This document shows positions 8,009 through 16,523 of a DNA stretch of 21,374 bases, in pieces. The stretch lies in contig JANOTL010000217.1 in assembly GCA_031416315.1 (NCBI GenBank), positions 1 through 21,374 of the forward strand. Direction: 5' to 3'. Position numbers and translations under genes: made by a program. The notes below the pieces were generated by a model. That model was not told the origin of the DNA. It worked only from the letters and a program-made list of their open reading frames with translations, and ran no database searches. How positions within the stretch are numbered: the first letter of the stretch is position 1; each line of letters starts with the position of its first letter. The stretch is from Pseudomonadota bacterium. GTDB taxonomy: Bacteria; Bdellovibrionota_B; Oligoflexia; Oligoflexales; CAIYRB01.

Positions 8009-10030
8009 TTAGCCCGATCGCGCCGCGCCGCGCATCGGCAATACGAGCGACAAGGGACTCTTCAGCACCTGCGCCATGATCGCCCGCCGCAGCATGCGGC
8101 GTTGCGCGCTCGGAATGTTGCGCGCTTTCGTGGCGACGACGATCGCGAGTCCGAAGCTCACGCCTAGGTTCAGCGCCCCGATCGCGACCAGGCCCGCCGC
8201 GACGGCGGCAATCGAGCCTGTGCTCATCGCGCGCCCGCCGCCGCAAAGAAAGGCGAGCGTCAAGCCGCCCGAGGCGAGCGTGATGTGGCGCGCTTCGAGC
8301 GGCAGGCCGAATCCAGAGACCAGGCGCGGCACGAAGGCCAAGAGGAGACCGAGACCGACGTTGCCCACCGCGGCCGGCGCCCCGTGCTCGAAGAGCTGGG
8401 CGAAGCGTTTTGCCTTCGTCTCGCCCAGCGCGATCCGGACCCGGCGGTGGTCTCCGATCGAGTCGGCGACGCGCCGAAATCGCAGGAGGTTTGCGGCCCA
8501 ACCGCTCATGATCGACGAGGCCCAGAGCGCCAAGCCGCAATAGGCCGCAAACAGCGGCGAAAGGCCGAAGATCGAATGGCTCTCGATCAAATGATGCGCG
8601 TCGTCCGCAGACATCGGCGTATGGCCGAGAAGCCGCGTCGAGATCGACCAAGCGAGGCTGACGCCGCAAGCGACGCCGAACAGGTTGCCGAAGATCGTCG
8701 CGATCTGCGTGCGAACGAGGTTCACGAGCTCTTTCGCGAACAAGACGATCCGAGCCGGCCCCGGATCTCCGTCGAGCGTACGCGCCAAGGTCGCCGCGGT
8801 CATCGCCGGCTGCTTCGTCGCGAGCGTGAAGTCGAACGCCTGGATCACGAGAAAACTAACGGCATAGATCATCGCCGTCGACAGGCCCTTGAGCAAGGGC
8901 GCCAGCTCGGAGTGCTCCGAGGCGATCTTGCCGAAAATCGTCACGACCGTGATCACGCCGCCGCCGAGCGCCGCGCCCAGGATGCGGAAGTAATCGCCGC
9001 GGCCCTTCGTGATGTAATGATCGCCGGTCTCCGCGTTCGCGTCCGCGATGCGGTGGGCGACGGTGCGAGTGACGTCGGTCCAGAGCGGCAGCATCTCGTG
9101 CCGCCTTGCCGCTTCGCCCGCGAGCTGCGCCAGAAGCGCCGGACGGGCCAACGGATTCTTCTCGACGTCGACCCAGTACGTCGCGAGCGTCCGAATACGC
9201 GCGAGAATCGCGGCGAGTCGGTGCGCCTGGTAGGTCAAAGAGAAGCTCGAGCCGCGCTCGCGAAACGTCGCTTCGAGATGCCGCAGCTCTTCGTCGCAGC
9301 GGCCCTGCGCCGCGGCGATGCGATCCCAATCCTCCGCGGTGGGGCGCGTCGACTCGCTCGTGATGCGCGCCGCGGCCGCGTCGAGGTCGTGGAACGCCGA
9401 GGCGGTCGGACGGCGCGACGGCAAGCGTAGGCGGATCTCTTCGAATGCCGCGATGACGCGCGCTTTGCTCGCGAGGACGCCGATCGCCTCGCGCAGGTCG
9501 CGACGCCATTCCTCGGGATCGACGGCGAGGATCGTGGCGATTTTCACCATGTCGGTCGCGGTGAGGGCGAGAAGCCAGGCCGAATCTTCCGGCGTCGGGA
9601 AGAGGCGATGCAGGAGGTCGCCGAAATCCTGCGGCACGCGCTGGCTCGGGAGGAGCTTGAACCAAAGCCGCTCGCTCAGCTCCGCGCCCAGGCCCATGTC
9701 TCCGGTCAAGCCGGCGGAGCTGAACAAGTCGACGGAATCGAGCTGCGCCAGGAGCGAGCGGAGGGCGGCGCCGACCGAGCGCGCGCGCTCCGGATTGCGC
9801 TCGAGGAGCGAGATGAGCATGCGAACGCGGCCGATGGCGCCTTCGCCGCTGCCGGCAGGGCGCGCGGCGCGCGGCGGCGTGCGAATGAAGGCCGACAGCT
9901 CTTCGAGCCAGCGCACGCGCGCGACGAGCGGCGCGTCCGGCTTCGGGGCGTCGAGCAGGTAGTCGAGGCCAGGCCGCGCGGTTCGAGAGGCGCGCCAGCG
10001 ACGGATGACGGATGTTTCGGACGTATGCAT
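8009..10030 (-). CDS. PF10136-family ('site-specific recombinase', Gcr-like) polytopic membrane protein
   Basis: 673 aa from ATG 10030. Family motifs ETGDHYIT, ALGGGVIT, FTLATKQPAMTAA, RTQIATIFGN, LGLLLAFVP, GLPLEARHITL, LNLGVSF. The ORF extension upstream of 10030 overlaps the neighbouring gene and was discarded. Confidence 0.85.
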   Translation of the reverse strand: MHTSETSVIRRWRASRTARPGLDYLLDAPKPDAPLVARVRWLEELSAFIRTPPRAARPAGSGEGAIGRVRMLISLLERNPERARSVGAALRSLLAQLDSVDLFSSAGLTGDMGLGAELSERLWFKLLPSQRVPQDFGDLLHRLFPTPEDSAWLLALTATDMVKIATILAVDPEEWRRDLREAIGVLASKARVIAAFEEIRLRLPSRRPTASAFHDLDAAAARITSESTRPTAEDWDRIAAAQGRCDEELRHLEATFRERGSSFSLTYQAHRLAAILARIRTLATYWVDVEKNPLARPALLAQLAGEAARRHEMLPLWTDVTRTVAHRIADANAETGDHYITKGRGDYFRILGAALGGGVITVVTIFGKIASEHSELAPLLKGLSTAMIYAVSFLVIQAFDFTLATKQPAMTAATLARTLDGDPGPARIVLFAKELVNLVRTQIATIFGNLFGVACGVSLAWSISTRLLGHTPMSADDAHHLIESHSIFGLSPLFAAYCGLALWASSIMSGWAANLLRFRRVADSIGDHRRVRIALGETKAKRFAQLFEHGAPAAVGNVGLGLLLAFVPRLVSGFGLPLEARHITLASGGLTLAFLCGGGRAMSTGSIAAVAAGLVAIGALNLGVSFGLAIVVATKARNIPSAQRRMLRRAIMAQVLKSPLSLVLPMRGAARSG

Positions 10031-10068
10031 AGGATGGGTACTTTGCGTTGGGCGTGCCGAAGTCGGCG

Positions 10069-10587
10069 TCAGCGTTCTCGGCGCAAGAAGGTTTGGACGT
10101 AGTCGACACCGGCGAAGGCGCTTATGGCGGCCGTGAAGTAGACGAGGGCTGGAAGGGGCTTTTTCAGCACGAAGAGCGCCAAGAGGAGCGAAAGCTGACA
10201 GAACGTCGCGAATTTTCCCGACCAGAGGGGGAGCATGCGCGTCAGCCCCGAGAAATCTTTGCGCGCGGTGGCCCACATCACGCCGCCGACCACCGTCAGG
10301 TCGCGCAAGATCACGAGGAAGAGGTCTAGCGGGCTCAAGAGGTCGTGCAGGGCGAGTGTGCACAGCGCGCTAAACACGAAAACCTTATCCGCGATTGGAT
10401 CGAGGTAGGTGCCGAGCGTGGTGACGGCACCGAGCCGCCGCGCAAGCGGGCCGTCGAGCGCCTCGCTGAGTGCCGCGGCGCCGGCTACGGGCAGCCACCA
10501 CTCTGACGGCAAAGCCGGGAAGGCTAGGCCGAAGAGGAGCCGGACCGAGGTCAAGGCGTTCGGAAGCTGGGCCAGGGCGCGGGTCAT
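10069..10587 (-). CDS. CDP-alcohol phosphatidyltransferase family protein (PgsA/Cls-like)
   Basis: LPNALTSVR, DGPLARRLGAVTTLGTYLDPIADK, ILRD and GKFAT motifs. GGAG lies just upstream of ATG 10587. Confidence 0.92.
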   Translation of the reverse strand: MTRALAQLPNALTSVRLLFGLAFPALPSEWWLPVAGAAALSEALDGPLARRLGAVTTLGTYLDPIADKVFVFSALCTLALHDLLSPLDLFLVILRDLTVVGGVMWATARKDFSGLTRMLPLWSGKFATFCQLSLLLALFVLKKPLPALVYFTAAISAFAGVDYVQTFLRRER

Positions 10588-10722
10588 GGTTTTCTCCGCT
10601 TCAAGTCTCGCCCCTGCCGGCTTTGGGCGCAACCGGACATCTCGCGTCCAGGCCTTCATGTCGCTCGCGCCGCGGGAGAGTGGGGCGTATCTCTGCCGCC
10701 GAACTCGAATTTGGAGGACGCG

Positions 10723-11112
10723 ATGCCGTCACTCAACAAGGTCATGATCATCGGGAATCTGGGGCGGGATCCGGTTCTGCGGCGGACGGAAGGCGGCGAA
10801 GCGGTGACGAAGCTTTTGCTCGCGACCACGCGCTTCCACAAAGACGTCGAAGGGATCACCAAGGCGCAGACCGACTGGCACGACGTCGTCGTGTTCGGGG
10901 CGCAGGCGGAGCGTTGCTCCGAGCATCTGGTGAAAGGCAAGAAGATCTACGTAGAGGGAAGGCTGCAGACGCGAAGTTGGGAAAAGCAGGGTGTGAAGCG
11001 GTACTCGACGGAGGTGGTCGCCTCGCAGGTGCACTTTCTCGGCGGGGGCAATCGGCTGCAAGGGACGGCGCCTGCGCCCCTCCTGGCGCAAGCCCCGGCA
11101 GAGGCCCACTGA
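10723..11112 (+). CDS. ssb: Single-stranded DNA-binding protein (short, no acidic tail)
   Basis: SLNKVMIIGNLGRDP, TDWHDVVVFG, KGKKIYVEGRLQTRSWE, RYSTEVVA. GGAGG at 10713-10717 precedes ATG 10723. Confidence 0.95.
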   Translation: MPSLNKVMIIGNLGRDPVLRRTEGGEAVTKLLLATTRFHKDVEGITKAQTDWHDVVVFGAQAERCSEHLVKGKKIYVEGRLQTRSWEKQGVKRYSTEVVASQVHFLGGGNRLQGTAPAPLLAQAPAEAH

Positions 11113-11118
11113 CCGGGC

Positions 11119-11883
11119 TCAGGCGTTGTCGGCCAATCCTCGGCCGGTCTCGCGCCCTGGCCTTCGCGCCGCGGTGGGCTCGCCGACGAGTTTCGCCGCG
11201 AGGCCTCGAACCTCGTTTTTCAAGGAGCCGAAGGTGACGTGATCCTTGCCCGCCATGAGCGCGGCGAACCCTTCGCGGGCGACGTTCTCGGAAGCCTCCT
11301 TTTCGGCGGCTCCGGTCGGTCCGGGCATCAGCGACGTGATGGTGACGCAAGCGTCCGAGAGCTCCGAGCGGAGCGCTTCCGCGAACGACTGAATGAAGGC
11401 ATTCGAGGCGGCGACGACGGCAAAACGAGGGCCGGGCGCCGTCACCGCGATCGATGCCGTGAGAAGGATGCGGCCGTGGCCTTGCTCGATCAACATCGGG
11501 ATCAGCTGCTGCGTCAGATGAACGGGCGAGATGACGTTGACGCGGATGAGGTCGAGCTCTTCCTTCAGGTCGGGCGTGCGCGAAGCGTCGCCGCGGATGC
11601 CGACGCCGGCATTCAGGGCGGCGGCGTCGAGGGGGCGGCCCGTCGCCTCGACGAGGTCGAGCAGCGTGTCGACGCCGTCGGACGTGGCAAGGTCAACGCG
11701 GATCGCCCGGACGAAAACATCAAACGTCTCGAATGCTTGCTTGGCCTCGACGATGCCGTTGTCCGCGGCGGCGACGATGAGATCGAAGCCCTTGCGGGCG
11801 AATTCCTTGGCCAGCTCGTAGCCAATCCCGCTGGAGGCACCGGTAATGAGAGCTAGGGGTCTTTGCTTGGCTTGGTTTTGCAT
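11119..11883 (-). CDS. Short-chain dehydrogenase/reductase homologue with degenerate active site
   Basis: TGASSGIG, LNAG and LMPGPT are present, but the YxxxK position reads VAASN. GGAGG lies upstream of the ATG. Confidence 0.9.
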   Translation of the reverse strand: MQNQAKQRPLALITGASSGIGYELAKEFARKGFDLIVAAADNGIVEAKQAFETFDVFVRAIRVDLATSDGVDTLLDLVEATGRPLDAAALNAGVGIRGDASRTPDLKEELDLIRVNVISPVHLTQQLIPMLIEQGHGRILLTASIAVTAPGPRFAVVAASNAFIQSFAEALRSELSDACVTITSLMPGPTGAAEKEASENVAREGFAALMAGKDHVTFGSLKNEVRGLAAKLVGEPTAARRPGRETGRGLADNA

Positions 11884-11983
11884 GGAAGCCTCCCTGCCTG
11901 CTGGTTCGCGCGGGGGATTGCAGGATGCTTGCCAGGCGGCCTGACGCCGACCAGTTTACGGCGCCATGAGTTAGAATGCCGGA

Positions 11984-12934
11984 ATGATACGCCCCGAGAT
12001 GACCGCCGTCGTTCCGGCCCATGCGGCCGAGGCCCACGTTGCTCGCGCCTTGCAAAGCCTGCTGGATCAGCATCTATCGCCCGGAGCGATGGAGATCATC
12101 GTTGTCGACGACGGCTCTCCCGATCGAACAGCTGAGATCGCGCGCGCAACGCTGCAGCGCTCTCCGTATGCGTGGCAGATCGTAGCAAATGCTCAGGCGA
12201 GGGGTGCTGCGGGAGCGCGCAACCAAGGTCTAAACCTTGCACGAGGCGAGTGGCTGCAATTTCTCGATGCCGACGACGAGCTCGTCCCCGGGAAGCTGCG
12301 GGCGCAGTTGGCGCAGGCGCGCGTCGCGCCGGACAAGACTGCCGTTATCTATTCCGAGTTCAGGCGCGAGCCCGGGCGCGCCGTGCATTTCCCAGCGGTC
12401 GCCGCCGCGGTCGATCCCCTGACGAGCCTTCTCGCGGGCGACGGCTTCATCCAGATCGGCGCGCAGCTGGTGCGCCGCCAAGCGGCGTTGGCGATCGGCG
12501 GCTTCGACCCGGCTTTCAAGCACATCGAGGACGTCGACTTCCTCCAACGCTTGCTGATGACGGGACATCGGCTCGAGGCTCTGGCTCTTGGCGCCCCCGG
12601 CCTGATCTTCCATCAGGGCGCGCAGACCGTGGCGAGACCCACGACACCCGCATTTCATGACGAGGTATCGCGGTCGCTAGCGACCGCGGAGACTATGTGG
12701 CGGCGCAACGGCCTGACCGCTCTTCAGGCTGAGGTGCTCGTCCAGGGCTATGCGATGTGCATTCGGAAGGCGCCTTCGGAAGACCTGGGAAAACGGCTCG
12801 ATGCTCTTGGTCCAACACGCGGCAAGCTTGGATGGCTCGCGCGACTCTTGGGTCACTACGACGCAGCCCGCGTGCTATCGCGGCTCAGGCCTACTTTCGC
12901 CCCGTCTGCGGCGGCTTCGCGCGCCGGATCGTGA
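11984..12934 (+). CDS. Glycosyltransferase family 2
   Basis: EIIVVDDGSPD, GAAGARNQGL, FLDADD and GGFD..IEDVDF motifs. Confidence 0.92.
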   Translation: MIRPEMTAVVPAHAAEAHVARALQSLLDQHLSPGAMEIIVVDDGSPDRTAEIARATLQRSPYAWQIVANAQARGAAGARNQGLNLARGEWLQFLDADDELVPGKLRAQLAQARVAPDKTAVIYSEFRREPGRAVHFPAVAAAVDPLTSLLAGDGFIQIGAQLVRRQAALAIGGFDPAFKHIEDVDFLQRLLMTGHRLEALALGAPGLIFHQGAQTVARPTTPAFHDEVSRSLATAETMWRRNGLTALQAEVLVQGYAMCIRKAPSEDLGKRLDALGPTRGKLGWLARLLGHYDAARVLSRLRPTFAPSAAASRAGS

Positions 12935-14399
12935 AGCCCAAGTGGCCGCCGAAGTTGAAGAGCTTCAGTCCAGGCTCGCCGAGAGAGGTCTGGCCGATAC
13001 TTTCATAGAGGACGTCCCAACCCAAGAACCAAGTGTCCGTGAGCCGTAGGTTGAACTCGGCGTTCAGCTGGTAGTAAGGACTGATCGTCGACAGCGAGAC
13101 CGCGCCGCGGATGCCTGCCCAGTAGTCGTCGTAGTCGGCGAGGGCGGTCGCGTAGAACGCGGGTCGAATCTTGTAGCTGCGCACGCCCTTGTAGTCGTCC
13201 TCGGTCTCACCCGTGACGGCGTCGACGAGCTTGATCGGGTCAAAGGGGATGTTCGCCTTGTCGATCATCAGTCCCACGCCGCCGGCGAGCGTATACTCGA
13301 GGAGCGAGTACCTTCCCCCGACGAAGCCTTCAGCTTGCGTGAGCTCGGACTTCTTGTCGTCGGTCCCATTGTATGGGGACGCAACGAGCGTCCGATAGAT
13401 CCGGCCGTCCACGTCGATGAAGTCGCCGATCTCGAGCTTGTTGTGCACGTAACCTGCGGCGAGCAACGGCACGGAAAGTCCGTTCGTGGTCTTGTAACCG
13501 CCGACGTAGAAGCCGGCGCGCTGGCGCACCATGTTGAGCTCGATCGATTCCTTCGACAGGAGGCCCGGATAGTTCATGCTGCCCGTGAGCAAGCTGCCTT
13601 GGCCCTCGCCGATACGCTCCTTGCATTTACGGACGTAGCGCTTCACCTGGCTGCCCTTAGCGTCGGGCGCTTGGATGCGGAAAAAGACCTTGTCAGCATC
13701 GGAGCTCCCCGCCTTCACGAAGGCTTCGCCGTCGACTTCGAAGGCGCGCGTGTCGACGATCAGGCCCTCGCCGATTTTGACGAACTTCGGGCGGCCCTTG
13801 TCGTTGAGCAAGGTGCCTAGGTCGAACGCGACGCAGTTGCCGATCGCCTCGCTCTCAAGATAGCCGACCGAGAGCGCCACGGCTTGCCTTTCGTATTTCG
13901 CTTTCGGCTCGCCCAAGATCAGCTCGCCCTGCTCCTTCGCGCGCTTGCCGAGGTTGCCGGAGGCGGCGACCTCGCCTTCCCAAGGAAGCTCGCGCAGCAG
14001 CTCTTTCACCGCCAGGAGGCCCAAGGCCTCAAAGTCGTTGGCGAGCTCGCCTTCGCGACGCAGCTTCAATCGACGCACGAGGAGGGGCGACATCTTCGCG
14101 CCCGCCTTCGCCTTCTTCGAGCGCGTCATGCTCACCCAAGAGAGGTTGACCGATGAGCCCACGCAGGAAACCGAGATTTTATGGTCGACCGCGGCCTTGG
14201 GGTCGTCCGTCAGCTCGAAGCGATGCCGCGAACGGATGTGGTAGCTCATCGAGTCCACGATCTTTTGGCAGTTGGCGCGATCGCTGGAATCGGGCGCGAC
14301 CGAGATCACGGTCACGTGCTTTGTGGCGCCCGCCCAAGCCGGACCGGCGGCGAGCGTCGCGAAGAGCGCGGCGAGAAGAAGGGGGAGGGCGCGGCTCAT
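12891..14399 (-). CDS. Secreted hypothetical protein, possible FlgT-like periplasmic domains plus C-terminal beta-barrel
   Basis: 502 aa from ATG 14399, which forms an ATGA overlap with the upstream stop and follows GGAGG. Signal peptide MSRALPLLLAALFATLAAGPAWA. ELPWEGEV..VALSVG..KIGEGLIV. C-terminal amphipathic aromatic-rich strands. Confidence 0.75.
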   Translation of the reverse strand: MSRALPLLLAALFATLAAGPAWAGATKHVTVISVAPDSSDRANCQKIVDSMSYHIRSRHRFELTDDPKAAVDHKISVSCVGSSVNLSWVSMTRSKKAKAGAKMSPLLVRRLKLRREGELANDFEALGLLAVKELLRELPWEGEVAASGNLGKRAKEQGELILGEPKAKYERQAVALSVGYLESEAIGNCVAFDLGTLLNDKGRPKFVKIGEGLIVDTRAFEVDGEAFVKAGSSDADKVFFRIQAPDAKGSQVKRYVRKCKERIGEGQGSLLTGSMNYPGLLSKESIELNMVRQRAGFYVGGYKTTNGLSVPLLAAGYVHNKLEIGDFIDVDGRIYRTLVASPYNGTDDKKSELTQAEGFVGGRYSLLEYTLAGGVGLMIDKANIPFDPIKLVDAVTGETEDDYKGVRSYKIRPAFYATALADYDDYWAGIRGAVSLSTISPYYQLNAEFNLRLTDTWFLGWDVLYESIGQTSLGEPGLKLFNFGGHLGFTIRRAKPPQTGRK

Positions 14400-16378
14400 C
14401 CGGCCTCCTCCTTCAGCAGATCCAGGTCGTCGACCGTCTCTTTCGCCGCCCATTCGCCGGAGAACTCCGCGACGACGACGGTGATGTCGTCGTTCGGCGG
14501 ATGGCCGTTGAAGTGGTTGTAGGCGGCCTTGACGATGCCGATCATGAACTCTTCGTGCGGCTGGTCGGCGTTCGCCTCGATCAGCCGCAAGAACTTGCCT
14601 TTACCCCACTGTACATCGTTCTTGTCGGTGCACTCGTAGAGACCGTCCGTATAAAGGAAGAGCTTGTCGCCCGGGTCGAGCTGCGCGGTCTTTTCCTGGT
14701 ACACGGAAGTCGGGTCGATGCCGAGCGGGTTGTTCAGCATCTGCAGCATCTCGCGCCGCTTGCCCTTCTTCTTGCGGCGCTCGTCGCGCTGCGTCTCCAG
14801 GTCGCGGCGGACGATGAGTGGGAAGTTGTGGCCGCCGTTGGCGTAGGTGATCCGCCCCGTGTCCATGTCGATCAGACAGGCGAAGCAGGTCATCGTGTGT
14901 TTTGTGCTGCCGGAGGCGCAGAGCGTGTGATTCAGCTCGGTGAGGAGGAAGCTCATCGAGCCTTCGGGCGATCCCGCCGCGGCGATCTGGCGCGCGACCG
15001 TCGAGGTTCCCGCGAAGACCATGGCCGTGACCAGGGCCGCCGGCACGCCGTGGCCGGTCGCGTCCGCGATCACGAGCAAGTGCAGACGCTCGCCGATGCG
15101 GTAGTGGCCCCACCAGTCGCCGCCGCACTCGGAAGCCGGCTGGAAGTAGCTTTTCACCCGGAAGAACTCGTCTTCGACGACGAGCTTGGGGAAGAACTGC
15201 TCTTGCACCATCTTCGCGGTCGCGAGCTCCGTCTCGAGGCGCGCCTTCTCGACGCGCTCGTGGAGCAGGCTTTCGATTTGCGCGCCCATGTGGTTGACGG
15301 CGCGCCCGAGGAGGCTGACCTCGTCGTTGCCGCTGATCTTGGCGCGCGACTTGAAGTCGCCGCTGGCGATCCGCACCGTCGCGTTGACGACGGCGCGGAT
15401 GTTCTGCGTCAGGCCGCGGGAGGCGATCCAAGTCAGAAGGGTCGCGACGAGCAGGAGGAGGGCAGCCCACAAGAGGGTCTTGACGACGATCAAGCGCACG
15501 GCGTCGTAAGCCGGCTTGCCGTCGGACTCGGTGATCGCGATCAGGTCGTATTTCGGGATGCGCGCGAAGGCGCCGAGCATCTTCTCGCCGTCGGCGTTGT
15601 CCCAGTCCTTGAAGCCGAAGGGGACGGTGTTCTTGCGCACCTCGAGCAAGACCGGATGCTCGCGGTCGAAGCTCCGGATCGGCAGGCGCTTCGGGTCGGA
15701 AGCGGAGATCAAGCCGCCGTCGATGTCGACGACGACCGCGTTCTCCATCGTGCCTTTTCCGAGCGCCGCGTAGAGCTTCGTCTGCCAGACGGTGAGGACG
15801 GCCCAGAGTCGCTCTTTCGAATCCTTGACGTTGAACGGCAAGGCGATCGCGAGCACCGGCACGCCGGCGTCCGGCGTCAAGTTGGTGACGACGACTTGGA
15901 TCTCGTTGCCGCGCGGCGCCACAGTCTTCATCCACTTGCGCGCGAGGTTGCGCACTTTGATCTGCGTGTCGACGGCTTGCTTGCCGCCGTAACGCTCGTC
16001 CTCGACGTAGGGCGAGCGCGCCGTCGCGAGCGTCGTGAGCTTGCCGTCGTCTTCCGCGGACGCGAGCTCGAAGGTCATGAACTCTTTGTTCGACGAGATC
16101 AGGGTGCCGATCATGTCGTTGTACTTCGCCTTCGGCATGCCGCTGATGCCGTTGGTGATGACGATGATCTGACTGACCCAAGACTCGACGACGGTGTCGA
16201 CGCTGTTCGCGGTCATGCGCGCGTTCTGCATCGTTTTTTCTTGAATGCGGAAGAACAGCTGTCCGTAAAAGCTCGAGGCGTTCTGCCACGAGTTCGCGGA
16301 AAGCGCAGCGATCAAGATCAAGCTGATCAGAGCGAACAGCTTGAAGAGGATTGATCTATGGATAGGGACGTTCTGCAA
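14396..16378 (-). CDS. Membrane sensor phosphatase: TM - periplasmic Cache-like domain - TM - HAMP - SpoIIE/RsbU PP2C domain
   Basis: Two TM helices, HAMP (IASGDF..NDEVSLLGRAVNHM), and PP2C motifs ELATAKMVQ, GGDWW, IADATGHGVPAAL, ANGGH, LYTDGL, DDIT. TTG start. Confidence 0.92.
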   Translation of the reverse strand: MQNVPIHRSILFKLFALISLILIAALSANSWQNASSFYGQLFFRIQEKTMQNARMTANSVDTVVESWVSQIIVITNGISGMPKAKYNDMIGTLISSNKEFMTFELASAEDDGKLTTLATARSPYVEDERYGGKQAVDTQIKVRNLARKWMKTVAPRGNEIQVVVTNLTPDAGVPVLAIALPFNVKDSKERLWAVLTVWQTKLYAALGKGTMENAVVVDIDGGLISASDPKRLPIRSFDREHPVLLEVRKNTVPFGFKDWDNADGEKMLGAFARIPKYDLIAITESDGKPAYDAVRLIVVKTLLWAALLLLVATLLTWIASRGLTQNIRAVVNATVRIASGDFKSRAKISGNDEVSLLGRAVNHMGAQIESLLHERVEKARLETELATAKMVQEQFFPKLVVEDEFFRVKSYFQPASECGGDWWGHYRIGERLHLLVIADATGHGVPAALVTAMVFAGTSTVARQIAAAGSPEGSMSFLLTELNHTLCASGSTKHTMTCFACLIDMDTGRITYANGGHNFPLIVRRDLETQRDERRKKKGKRREMLQMLNNPLGIDPTSVYQEKTAQLDPGDKLFLYTDGLYECTDKNDVQWGKGKFLRLIEANADQPHEEFMIGIVKAAYNHFNGHPPNDDITVVVAEFSGEWAAKETVDDLDLLKEEAG

Positions 16379-16523
16379 GACTCATTGACCCCACGGCCGA
16401 GTGCGAAAGTCTTATCGACTGATTTAGGGCGAAAATTTATGGTGAAAATTCGGAGCTTAGAGAAATTTTGGCAAAACCCTACAGTTTTCCGAGTGAAGTC
16501 CGAAGAGTGGAGCAGAGGCAACG
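16379..16523. promoter_or_regulatory. AT-rich divergent promoter region
   Basis: AT-rich gap between divergent starts, with GAAAATT at 16431 and 16444, GAAATTT at 16462, and AAAAC-N6-GTTTT at 16473-16488. Confidence 0.5.

Noticed and set aside
10031..10363. N-terminal 111-aa extension of the 784-aa ORF
   Set aside because: It overlaps the phosphatidyltransferase gene in another frame. ATG 10030 gives a family-typical length.
8009..11112. Mobile element suggested by 'recombinase' plus ssb
   Set aside because: The PF10136 protein is a membrane protein without integrase motifs. No att repeats, tRNA or transfer genes were seen.
11984..12934. GT2 as the glycosylase of the Thr-rich collagen fibre
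   Set aside because: It is over 9 kb away with unrelated genes between, and nothing in the sequence supports the link.
14153..16354. 733-aa plus-strand ORF and other long shadow ORFs (e.g. 14601-16289, 16479-17963, 8285-9430, 8856-10109, 20391-21116)
   Set aside because: They are antisense or alternate-frame shadows of well-supported genes, expected in high-GC DNA, and carry no recognisable motifs.
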